Virus record (IMG/VR): IMGVR_UViG_3300020122_000665
Location: 21,476-85,475 of that record
DNA length: 64,000 nt
Source: a virus
Strand: one strand, 5' to 3'
A program made the position numbers and the translations under genes. Position 1 is the first letter of the stretch, and each line of letters starts with the position of its first letter. The notes under the pieces are model-generated. The model saw only the letters and a program-made list of their open reading frames with translations. It ran no database searches and was not told where the DNA came from. This document shows positions 1 to 8,235 of this stretch, piece after piece.

Positions 1-530
1 CGCGGCAAGGGCCGCGCGCGGTGCAGGGCCCACGTTGGGCACGCTTCACCCGGAAGTGATCCGCGGGGCGGACGCAACCGGCCGCAGTGGACCGAACGCA
101 ACCGGGCGCGCGCCGTCGGGCGCGCCTCAGTGGAAACGCCCTTGACCGGCGCAATGGCCGGAGAGAATGCGGGCCACGGTTGCACTCTGCCACGTCATCC
201 GGGCGCTTGTGAGGCGCTCTCGTGCGTGGGTCCGTCACTGCGGTCGAAGGCGACAAGATCGGCTAGTCCCCTGTATGGGGTGCGCGGGGCGCCAAAGAAA
301 TGGGCGCCGACAACCGCGATGCATGGGTCCGAAACCATGCTCATCCGATCTGCCCAAACGAAAACGCGGACACGACCACTGCTCTTTCGTGACAACCGAA
401 TATCGCCGCCCCGTCGGTCGCGTCGCTGCGACGTCGGACGGGACCGGTAAATCGAACATCGATTCAACAGTGCGTCCGACGATACAAGGCCGTCGGGCGC
501 ACGATTGAGACGGTGTTTCAAACTAGGCGC

Positions 531-660
531 GCGACGGGCCCACCGTCGCCGCCTCCGCGCATTCTCCCACGTCCATCCGTTTGTCGGCGCCCCCGGATCC
601 CCCCCGTTCCGGCGCGCGCGCTGCGGATGGAGCGGACGTGGGGGAATGCGCGGAGGTGAC
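531..660 (+). promoter_or_regulatory. Two-hairpin SD-sequestering module, copy 1
   Basis: GCGACGG/CCGTCGC hairpin at 531-549; 551-574 complementary to 634-657 (with G-U pairs), which contains GGAGGT upstream of ATG 665. Confidence 0.7.
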
Positions 661-664
661 CACT

Positions 665-775
665 ATGTCGACGACCCTGCCCGACGGTCGCAAGATCCAC
701 GCGATCGACCTCTCCGAGAGCTCCACCGCGAAGGAGGTGATCGCCCGCCGCGCGGCCGCGCGCGGCACGAAGTAG
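665..775 (+). CDS. Small hypothetical protein (MSTTLPDGRK...)
   Basis: GGAGGTGAC SD at 652-660; GC3-rich codons. Confidence 0.55.
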   Translation: MSTTLPDGRKIHAIDLSESSTAKEVIARRAAARGTK

Positions 776-788
776 GCACGTCGGGGCT

Positions 789-853
789 GCGACGGCCCGC
801 CCGTCGCCGCCCCCCACGAGCGCCCCCGGTGTGGGGCGTTGGTGGGAGGTGAC
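789..853 (+). promoter_or_regulatory. Two-hairpin SD-sequestering module, copy 2
   Basis: GCGACGG/CCGTCGC hairpin at 789-807; stem across about 811-847 reaching the GGGAGGTGAC SD before ATG 857. Confidence 0.65.
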
Positions 854-856
854 CTG

Positions 857-943
857 ATGCTCACCGTCGGAATGCGCCTCTGGCGCGCGCTCTTTGCGTG
901 GATGGACGACGACATCGACCGCGAGTCGATGCGCTTCCTCTAG
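857..943 (+). CDS. 28-aa peptide ([28 protein letters not shown]), not in the ORF track
   Basis: Strong SD GGAGGTGACCTG-ATG; the identical SD-start string recurs before ATG 4031. Confidence 0.5.
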   Translation: MLTVGMRLWRALFAWMDDDIDRESMRFL

Positions 944-1008
944 CGCGCAGTTCTCCGCAAATCGCTCCAGGGCGAGCGCACCGCTCGCCCCCTCCCCTGC
1001 ATTTTCTA

Positions 1009-1037
1009 TTGACGGCCGCACTAGTGCGAGGCACAGT
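1009..1037 (+). promoter_or_regulatory. Sigma70-like promoter with operator palindrome in the spacer
   Basis: TTGACG-17 bp-CACAGT; palindrome CGCACTAGTGCG at 1017-1028. Confidence 0.7.
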
Positions 1038-1074
1038 GTTTCATACGCAATACAAAAAGAAGGGGAGGATCGTC

Positions 1075-1827
1075 ATGAAGAAGAAGGAACCGGCCAAGAA
1101 AAAATCGCCGAAGCGCCCGCTGGCTCCGGCGGCTGCGCCGCCGAAGCTCACCGTGCCGCTCACGTCGCGCTACGACGGCCGCGTGTTGTACGCCGCAGAA
1201 ATCGACGCCGACGTCGACGAGCTGCTCCGCACGCGCGTCGCCGTCGAGAAGGCCGTCGCCGCCGGGGCCAACCTCGCCGGGGCCAACCTCGACGGGGCCA
1301 ACCTCGCCGGGGCCAACCTCGACGGGGCCAACCTCGCCGGGGCCAACCTCGCCCGGGCCAACCTCGCCGGGGCCTACCTCGCCCGGGCCAACCTCGCCGG
1401 GGCCAAGTCGCTGCCCCCGCCGTCGGTGATTCTGTCGGGGCACTGGGGAGAGGTTCCGGACGATCTCTGCACGGATCTGATGCGGTGGGATGCCGCGAAC
1501 CACCCGGATCCGTCGGCCTTCGACCGATGGGCGAAGGGCGGCGCGTGCCCCTACGCCGGCATCGCGTTCGCGCGGGCGGCGAACTTCCACGAGCGGCGCG
1601 ACCTCTGGTCCCCTGGCGCTCCGCCGCGCCCGTATGACCTCGCCATCCGCCTGATGGCCTGGGCCGCGGAGAACGCGAAGAAGGCTGGCATGGTCACCGT
1701 CCAGGCGGGAGACGAGAAGCTGCTGCCCGACGAGGCCCCGCCGTGCACCGACTGGCTCACCAGCGACCTGTACGCCGCTGTGACCTTCCGCGGCCGCGTC
1801 TGGCTCGCCAAGACGCGGGCGAAGTAG
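1075..1827 (+). CDS. Pentapeptide-repeat protein
   Basis: Tandem (A/D)(G/R)A(N/Y)L repeats; SD AGGGGAGG at 1061-1068. Confidence 0.9.
   Translation: MKKKEPAKKKSPKRPLAPAAAPPKLTVPLTSRYDGRVLYAAEIDADVDELLRTRVAVEKAVAAGANLAGANLDGANLAGANLDGANLAGANLARANLAGAYLARANLAGAKSLPPPSVILSGHWGEVPDDLCTDLMRWDAANHPDPSAFDRWAKGGACPYAGIAFARAANFHERRDLWSPGAPPRPYDLAIRLMAWAAENAKKAGMVTVQAGDEKLLPDEAPPCTDWLTSDLYAAVTFRGRVWLAKTRAK
1261..1407 (+). repeat. 15-bp coding tandem repeat (GCCGGGGCCAACCTC, nine full units plus a partial unit)
   Basis: Directly visible; encodes the pentapeptide repeats. Confidence 0.95.
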
Positions 1828-1839
1828 TCCGACCGGAGC

Positions 1840-1905
1840 GGGCGACATCGTGTCGCCCCCTCCCCTCATGCGCCGTCTGTCGCACCGACGGCGTTTGAGG
1901 GGAGG
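1840..1905 (+). promoter_or_regulatory. Two-hairpin SD-sequestering module, copy 4
   Basis: GGGCGACA/TGTCGCCC hairpin at 1840-1858; CCTCCCCTCA (1859-1868) pairs with TGAGGGGAGG (1896-1905), the SD of ATG 1912. Confidence 0.7.
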
Positions 1906-1911
1906 CACGTC

Positions 1912-3870
1912 ATGTCTGCAACCAGCGAAGCCGCTTCGCCGGTTGCGCTCGATACCGAGCGCATCGGCGACGCGACCTACGATCCCGAGGACAACAAGCT
2001 GCGCATCCGCCCGTTCGCGCGCCTTCCCCGCGATCTCTACGATCGCGTGAAGGCCGCGGGCTTCTCGTGGGCTCCCAAACAGGAGCTCTTCGTGGCGCCG
2101 ATGTGGACGCCGGAGCGCGCCGATCTCCTCGCGGAGTTGTGCGGCGAGATCGGCGACGAGGATACCTCGCTCGTCGACCGCGCGGAGGAGCGCGCCGATC
2201 GCTTCGGCGACTACTCCGACAAGCGGAAGGACGACGCCGAGACCGCGCGCCAGGCAATCGCCGCCATCGCGGATCACATTCCGCTCGGGCAGCCGATTCT
2301 CGTCGGACATCACAGCGAGAAGCACGCCCGGAAGGACGCGGAGCGCATCGAGAACGGGATGCGCAAGGCCGTCAAAATGTGGGAGACCTCCCAATACTGG
2401 CAGAGGCGCGCCGCGGGCGCGCTCCGGCACGCGAAGTACAAGGAGCTGCCCGCGGTCCGCGCGCGCCGGATCAAGACCATCGAAGCCGACAAGCGCAAGC
2501 GCCAGCGGGAGACCGCCGACGCCGCGAGGCTGCTCAGGCTGTGGGGCTCGATCGAAGATCCCAAGTCGATCACCCGCAACGGCGAGCTCGTGTCGCTCAA
2601 AGAGCGGGCGATGTTCGTCGCGAACCACGACCATATCCATCGGTCGTTTCCGCTGGCCGAGTATCCGCGGCAACCCCCGGCGTCGCAGTACGAGGGTCAG
2701 ATGGGGCTCTGGTCGGCGCTCGACGGCGACGTGATCACGCCGGAGCAGGCGCGGGACATCGCGGTTCCGATCCACGAGCGCGGCAACGCGCGCCGGGCGC
2801 GCTGGATCGCCCACTACGATCTCCGCATCGCCTACGAGCGGGCGATGCTCGCCGACGCCGGCGGCACCGTCACCGACAAGAAGGGCCCCGAGAAGGGCGG
2901 CGCCTGTCGGTGTTGGGCGTCGCCGCGCGGCGGCTGGTCCTACATCCAGAAGGTCAACAGGGTGTCGGTCACCATCCTCGACAATTGGGACCGCGGCGAT
3001 CCCTGTTTCAACCGCACCATCAAGTTCGAAGAAATCACTTCGATCATGACCGCGGCGGAGGTGAAGGCCGCGCGCGAGGACGGTCGGATCGCCGAGATCG
3101 ACGATCGCGGATTCGCCCTGGCGGCGGAAGCTGCGCCGCGTCTGTCGGACGCGCCCGTGGCGCCCATCGACCACGCCTACGTCAACGACGGCACCGGCGA
3201 CAACTGCGCGGAGCTGGTCGCCCACCCCGCAAAGGAGTGGGTTCCGTGTGGGCATCCGAGGAGCGTCCACCGCTCGGTCACGCTCGACCCCACGCCGTTC
3301 GAAGCGATGAAAGCGTCGCTGAAATCCGGCGTCAGAGTGGTTGCGGTCGATCAGCTGTTCGAGACGCCCGCCGACCTGGCGCGGCTCGTCGTCGAACGCG
3401 CCAACGTGCGCGGCCATTTCGTGCTCGAGCCGAGCGCCGGTCTCGGCGCGCTGGCCGGTGAGTGCTACCGCCAGGGCGCCGACGGCGTCATCTGCATCGA
3501 GAGGGCGCCCGCCTGCGCGGCGGCGCTGCGGCGCGGCCCCTTCGCGAAGGTGTGCGAGGCGGACTTTCTCCAGCTGCCCGTGCCCCCCTCCCCAGGGTGG
3601 TCGAAGTTCTACCGGATCGTGATGAATCCGCCGTTTGCCGACGGGGCGGACGTGGCGCACGTGACGCGCGCCTACGAGTGGCTCGCGTCGGGCGGCCGGC
3701 TCGTCGCCATCATGTCCGCGTCGGTCAAGACCCGGCAGGACAAGCGCACCGCCGCCTTCCGGGCGATCGTCGACGGCTGCGGCGGCGAGATCGAAGACCT
3801 GCCGGAGGGCAGCTTCAAGGCGAGCGGCACGGGCGTCAACACGGTGCTCGTCACGCTCTATCGCGAGTAG
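1912..3870 (+). CDS. DUF3560-domain protein fused to an amino (N6A/N4C-type) methyltransferase
   Basis: IPLGQPILVGHHSE (DUF3560) in the N-terminal half; VLEPSAGLG and MNPPF methyltransferase motifs at the C-terminus. Confidence 0.85.
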   Translation: MSATSEAASPVALDTERIGDATYDPEDNKLRIRPFARLPRDLYDRVKAAGFSWAPKQELFVAPMWTPERADLLAELCGEIGDEDTSLVDRAEERADRFGDYSDKRKDDAETARQAIAAIADHIPLGQPILVGHHSEKHARKDAERIENGMRKAVKMWETSQYWQRRAAGALRHAKYKELPAVRARRIKTIEADKRKRQRETADAARLLRLWGSIEDPKSITRNGELVSLKERAMFVANHDHIHRSFPLAEYPRQPPASQYEGQMGLWSALDGDVITPEQARDIAVPIHERGNARRARWIAHYDLRIAYERAMLADAGGTVTDKKGPEKGGACRCWASPRGGWSYIQKVNRVSVTILDNWDRGDPCFNRTIKFEEITSIMTAAEVKAAREDGRIAEIDDRGFALAAEAAPRLSDAPVAPIDHAYVNDGTGDNCAELVAHPAKEWVPCGHPRSVHRSVTLDPTPFEAMKASLKSGVRVVAVDQLFETPADLARLVVERANVRGHFVLEPSAGLGALAGECYRQGADGVICIERAPACAAALRRGPFAKVCEADFLQLPVPPSPGWSKFYRIVMNPPFADGADVAHVTRAYEWLASGGRLVAIMSASVKTRQDKRTAAFRAIVDGCGGEIEDLPEGSFKASGTGVNTVLVTLYRE

Positions 3871-4030
3871 AAGCCGCCATCCGGCGGGGCCACAAGGAGG
3901 TGCCCCCATAGCCGCGGGGCGTGTAACGCGCCCGCCGTCGGTCGCAGCAGCCGGACCGTCGGACGCGGGAATAGGCCAACTGCATGGCGCCCCGGAGGAC
4001 AGACCTCGGGGGCGCCCTGGAGGTGACCTG

Positions 4031-4321
4031 ATGAAGTTCCGCGCGAGGATCGCGAACGTCGCGATCACCTATTCAACCATCGAGATTCCCGCCTACTGCG
4101 GAGTGTGCGGATCTGACCTGTGCGGGCCGCGCGCTCTCGAAGAGCAGCGCGTCTGCACGACGATGGCGTTCTCGCACTTCGAGAGCAATCCGGCCGTCGG
4201 AGACGACATCGCCACCGACACGCCCGACGATGACGCGGACGCCACGGCGACGCTGTCGGTGGGCTGCGCCAACTGCGGCGCGCGACTCGCCGTCGGCAAT
4301 ATCTCGGGGACCGAGTCGTGA
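4031..4321 (+). CDS. Hypothetical zinc-ribbon protein
   Basis: Two CxxC pairs; strong SD. Confidence 0.7.
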   Translation: MKFRARIANVAITYSTIEIPAYCGVCGSDLCGPRALEEQRVCTTMAFSHFESNPAVGDDIATDTPDDDADATATLSVGCANCGARLAVGNISGTES

Positions 4322-5420
4322 GCCGCGCCGCCGCCGGCGCGCAGCGTGGACGAACGAGCGCCTCGTCGAGAGCGCGCTCGGGCGCATCGGGTGCCGGGAC
4401 CGCGCGACCTTCGACGCGGTGAACGAGAAGTACGGCACCGACGTCGAGACCTTCACCGAAGCGTTCGCGGTGTGCGCGCGCAGCTACTCGAGGCGAGGCC
4501 ACCGCCGTTGGGGCGACTTCGACCTCGAGTCGCTGCGCGAGTGCATCGGGCTCGACGGGCTCCGCCTGCCGGGCTGGCTGTACGAGCAGGGAGCCGACGA
4601 CGCATATGCCGCGCACATCGCGCGATGGGAGAACGACGTGACACCGACGGACGAAGAGCTCGAAGAATACTACCGCTCGCTCGAGGAGGGTGACGCGGAC
4701 AAGACCGTCGCCGAGGCCACGCGCGAAGCGGTCGCCGACATGATCGCTGGCGAGAGCCCCAAGCCCAACTTCGACGCCTGGAAGGCGAAGAGGGACGCCG
4801 CGCGCGCCTCGAACCTCGAGAGCACCCGCGACAAGGCGGCGAAGGCCGGCGCGCCGGCCGGAGCGATCCGCCACATCGAGAGCAAGATCCGTGAGGCGCG
4901 GACGGAGTCGGCCCCGCCCGCCCGCAACCGGGCCAAGGACGACGCCGCGGCGCGGGCGATGGAGCGGCTCAGGAACGAGGGCGACGTGCGCGTCGAGGTG
5001 GCCCCCGACAAGGCGCTCGTCAAGGCGGCGCCGCGCGCGCTCGACGGTGCGCAGGGCGGCGCGGTCCAGCTCAACGAGGCGGCGATCGGCACCATCGTCG
5101 GCGCCGTGGTCGATCGCCTCATCGCCTCCGCGTACTCGGCGCCCGAGAGGCGCCGCGCCGAGTGGGTCTCGTGGATGAGCAAGGCCCGTCTCTGGCACTG
5201 CCCGGCGTGCGACGTCGACTCCCACAAGGTCGTCTGCTCGCGGTGCGGCGATATCGACGGGCTCGAGGGGCACTACCGCGGCACCGAGGGGTGGAAGGAG
5301 ATCGCGCGTCGGAAGGCGGAGGATCTGCTCTCCTCGCCCGAGGAGACGAAGAAGGCGGCGGCGCCGCTCAAGGCGCTCCCCGCCGCGCGTCCGCGCCACC
5401 TGTCGATCGTGCGGTCGTGA
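4230..5420 (+). CDS. Hypothetical protein with C-terminal CxxC pairs (start uncertain)
   Basis: Protein-like GC3-rich frame from about 4345; CPAC...CSRC. Confidence 0.7.
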   Translation: MTRTPRRRCRWAAPTAARDSPSAISRGPSREPRRRRRAAWTNERLVESALGRIGCRDRATFDAVNEKYGTDVETFTEAFAVCARSYSRRGHRRWGDFDLESLRECIGLDGLRLPGWLYEQGADDAYAAHIARWENDVTPTDEELEEYYRSLEEGDADKTVAEATREAVADMIAGESPKPNFDAWKAKRDAARASNLESTRDKAAKAGAPAGAIRHIESKIREARTESAPPARNRAKDDAAARAMERLRNEGDVRVEVAPDKALVKAAPRALDGAQGGAVQLNEAAIGTIVGAVVDRLIASAYSAPERRRAEWVSWMSKARLWHCPACDVDSHKVVCSRCGDIDGLEGHYRGTEGWKEIARRKAEDLLSSPEETKKAAAPLKALPAARPRHLSIVRS

Positions 5421-5704
5421 CCGAACTCGACCTGTGGGTCACACGCGCGCCGCGGCCCAACGACGGAGACCCCGACGAGGATCACAGCTACGACCTGGCG
5501 CGCCTCGCCTGCAAAGGCAACGTGCTCGAGCTCGACGATCCCGACGAGCCGGGCGGCAAGGTCGAGGTGTCCGCCACGGACTTCCTCTACGACAACCGCG
5601 AGGACAGCGACGTGATCGCCGCCGTGGTGGCGCTCGACGTCGGCGAGGAGGCCCGCCTCGGCGGCGGGGCGCAGCCGGTCACCGTCATTCGGAGGGTCCA
5701 ATGA
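5417..5704 (+). CDS. Hypothetical protein
   Basis: GTGA start/stop overlap; codon bias. Confidence 0.7.
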   Translation: MTELDLWVTRAPRPNDGDPDEDHSYDLARLACKGNVLELDDPDEPGGKVEVSATDFLYDNREDSDVIAAVVALDVGEEARLGGGAQPVTVIRRVQ

Positions 5705-5925
5705 CGTTCGACCTCGAAGTGGTGAGAGCCGTGGTCGACGCCTACGGCGACGTCATGTGCGAGGCCGTCGCCTCCGCCGTCCAGAAGGTCTACGGCGACG
5801 ACGGCGACGGAAGCGCCGCGCGCGTCGTGCGCGCCGCCTGGAAGGTGGCCCACCCGGGAATCGTCGACGAGCTCGTGTTGAACCTCTCGAAGGCGAAGAC
5901 GGGCAAGCCGCGGAGGAAGCCATGA
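5701..5925 (+). CDS. Hypothetical protein
   Basis: ATGA overlap; SD GGAGGG. Confidence 0.7.
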   Translation: MTFDLEVVRAVVDAYGDVMCEAVASAVQKVYGDDGDGSAARVVRAAWKVAHPGIVDELVLNLSKAKTGKPRRKP

Positions 5926-6317
5926 GCGCGCACTGCTATCGCATCAGGAAGACCGTCGAGTGCCACTCGCCCGACGCCATCGCGCCGCTCGACCGCGACG
6001 GCAATCCGAACGTGGAGCAGCAGCGGCACCGTCACACCTGGCCGACGATGGCCTTCACCTGCTCCATCTGCAAGCGCCACGTGTGCGGCTGGTGCGAGGG
6101 CAGCAGCTTCGAGATGGAGCTGTCGCAGCTGCTCTCCGACGACGAGAGCGAAATGCAGTTCTGCGACGAATGCATGGTCGCGCTCGAGGAGGCAATCGAG
6201 GCTCACGAGCGCTTCCCGTCGATGACCGCCCCGACATACAGCGACGGCGGATACGTCTCCAGGGCCATGCACCGGATCATCCGCGCCGCGGTGGCGTCGG
6301 GAGAGCTCCGGCAATGA
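5922..6317 (+). CDS. Hypothetical Cys-rich protein
   Basis: ATGA overlap; CSIC, CGWC, CDEC. Confidence 0.7.
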   Translation: MSAHCYRIRKTVECHSPDAIAPLDRDGNPNVEQQRHRHTWPTMAFTCSICKRHVCGWCEGSSFEMELSQLLSDDESEMQFCDECMVALEEAIEAHERFPSMTAPTYSDGGYVSRAMHRIIRAAVASGELRQ

Positions 6318-6862
6318 ACAAGGAGCCGACCATGGTCTGCACCGTCTGCAACGACACGCACCGGATGGCACGCCACGACGGCAGCGACGTGCCGTGCACG
6401 AGCTGCCCGACACCGTGCGGGAGGTGCCGCGCCAACAGAAACGGCGCCTATTGCACCGCGACGCCGTGCGCCTGCGAGTGCCACGCGAGCGCGCGCGTCG
6501 CCGCGAAGAAGGCGGAGATCGCCCACCTCATCGGAGCCGCGCACAAGGCGCTCCGCTCCGCGCTCCACCTCTCCTCTTGCGCGGACGGCGACGTCGAGGG
6601 CGAGGCGATCTCGGACGCGCTCCACAACGCCTACCCGCGCACGCTGCCCATGTCCGACCACGGGAGCACCGACATCGGCAAGCTCGTCGACGAGCTGGCC
6701 GTGTGGCGGTATCGCTTCTCGGCGGGCGAGTCGTCGCCGCCGCGCCTCGGCGCGCTCGAGGAGCTGGCGCGCAAGGTCGCCGCGCTCGAATTGCGCTCCG
6801 ACCGCGTCGACGATCGCCTCAGCAAGATCGAGGAGCATGTCGACTGGCGGATCGAGCGATGA
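6314..6862 (+). CDS. Hypothetical protein, Cys-rich N-terminus and coiled-coil C-terminus
   Basis: ATGA overlap; multiple CxxC. Confidence 0.7.
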   Translation: MNKEPTMVCTVCNDTHRMARHDGSDVPCTSCPTPCGRCRANRNGAYCTATPCACECHASARVAAKKAEIAHLIGAAHKALRSALHLSSCADGDVEGEAISDALHNAYPRTLPMSDHGSTDIGKLVDELAVWRYRFSAGESSPPRLGALEELARKVAALELRSDRVDDRLSKIEEHVDWRIER

Positions 6863-7116
6863 TCCCGGCCCGCACGCGCCCGGCCCGCACGCGCTGCATC
6901 GCGAAGCTCGATCGCGCCGCGCCTCGCCCGACGGAGGTGACGCTCGACCGCGCCGCCGGGCTCTTCGTCGTCCGCCACGTCGGGCGGCGCCGTCGCTTCG
7001 AGCTCGAGATCGAGGTGGTCGCGCAGATGGTCGCCGAGCGCGTCGTGCACGCCGACCTCAAGAAAGCGCGCCGGGAGAAGGCGCTCGCCCGCGCCGCGCG
7101 GCGGAAGGGATCCTGA
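6859..7116 (+). CDS. Hypothetical protein
   Basis: ATGA overlap; codon bias. Confidence 0.65.
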   Translation: MIPARTRPARTRCIAKLDRAAPRPTEVTLDRAAGLFVVRHVGRRRRFELEIEVVAQMVAERVVHADLKKARREKALARAARRKGS

Positions 7117-7310
7117 TGCGCGCCCTGGTGCGTTGCCTCGCTCGCCTTGCCGGCGCGGCGTTGCTGCGCTCCGCGGGAGCGCCTGATCCGATACCGCTCC
7201 GTCTGGAGATCGTGCCGCGCGCGCGCCGCGCGCCCCGGATCCGGGCGGAGCAGCTCTCCCTCGATCTGGCTGTACCTCGAATCGACCGCTTGGAGGAGCG
7301 CTCCCGATGA
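7116..7310 (+). CDS. Hypothetical protein
   Basis: TGATG overlap, fills the gap in the operon. Confidence 0.5.
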   Translation: MRALVRCLARLAGAALLRSAGAPDPIPLRLEIVPRARRAPRIRAEQLSLDLAVPRIDRLEERSR

Positions 7311-8020
7311 TCTTCGAACTCGACTCCGACCTATCACGTCGAGATACGACGTGGGAGAAGGCGCGCTACCTCGAGCAGCTCCCGCTCGGCGCCGCGCCCG
7401 GATCGCGCGGGTGGGTCCACCGCTCGCTCCGCCTCCGCATCGCGGAGTCTCGCGCCGACTGCGCGCTCGCCGCCGACATCGTGAAGCACCGCCACTACCA
7501 CCGAAAGTGGCCCTGCCCGCCGAAGACGCTGATGATGAGCTACCTCTCCAGCCTCGACGGCGTCGGCGGGCTCGACGCCGCGGGCCTCGTGTCCGTGGCG
7601 CTGCTGCCCAACCGCTACCACGTGCGCGAGGCGCTCGGACTCTCGCAGCTCGAGTGCCTGACGCTGGTTCGCATGTGGCGCGCCGACGACCTCGTGCCGA
7701 CGATCGCGCCCGATCTCACGCCGGAGACGCTCCGCCGCGTCGTGCGCGGCGAGAGAAACCGCGGCCCGCTGCGCGGGGTGCGCGACGAGTGGATCGCGCG
7801 CAAGTGCCGCGCGGACGGGCTGCGCGCCGCGCCTCGCCTGCTCGCCACCTACGCCGATCCGGCGCTCGGGCACGACGGCGCGACCTACGTCGCCGCTGGC
7901 GCCGTCGACTGCGGCCGCGCGCGCTGCGGGAAGCTGCTCTTCGCGTGGGGGCTCGACGAGGAGACCCGCAACAACCTGGCCGCGCTCGGGCGCGCCGTCG
8001 CCGAAAGGACCGCCGCATGA
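7307..8020 (+). CDS. Mom-like (GNAT-fold) DNA base-modification protein
   Basis: HRHY, LVRMW and TYADPALGHDGATYVAAG resemble the Mom-family YAD..GH.G..Y.A signature. Confidence 0.7.
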   Translation: MIFELDSDLSRRDTTWEKARYLEQLPLGAAPGSRGWVHRSLRLRIAESRADCALAADIVKHRHYHRKWPCPPKTLMMSYLSSLDGVGGLDAAGLVSVALLPNRYHVREALGLSQLECLTLVRMWRADDLVPTIAPDLTPETLRRVVRGERNRGPLRGVRDEWIARKCRADGLRAAPRLLATYADPALGHDGATYVAAGAVDCGRARCGKLLFAWGLDEETRNNLAALGRAVAERTAA

Positions 8021-8235
8021 GACCGATCTACTTCAGCGCATCGATCTCCATCCCCTGGTGGAAGCACAAGCGGAAACCGCTGTTTCACCACGAGCCGGCG
8101 AACGTCCTCCGCAGCGGGCTCACGATGTCGCAGCCCTCGTCGCACATCCACGTCGGCCCCCTTCACATCGGAATCGTGTGGCGCGAGTCCGACGAGGCGA
8201 AGGCGAAGCGCCTCGTCGAGGCGGAAAGCCGATGA
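8017..8235 (+). CDS. Hypothetical protein
   Basis: ATGA overlaps at both ends. Confidence 0.6.
   Translation: MRPIYFSASISIPWWKHKRKPLFHHEPANVLRSGLTMSQPSSHIHVGPLHIGIVWRESDEAKAKRLVEAESR

Noticed and set aside
1-530. ORFs 130-450 and 167-508, a weak TTGACC promoter at 142 and an ACGCAACCGG pair near 72-105
   Set aside because: No coding bias or SD, and promoter spacing is poor; may be a control or packaging region but nothing is supportable
1261-1407. Tandem repeat as a possible CRISPR array
   Set aside because: Contiguous 15-bp units without spacers, in frame with a pentapeptide protein
1021-4068. 1015-aa minus-strand ORF and similar long shadow ORFs (e.g. 19085-21052 +, 50632-52920 +, 53734-56787 +)
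   Set aside because: They are antisense or off-frame to genes with clear motifs; long stop-free shadow frames are expected at this GC content
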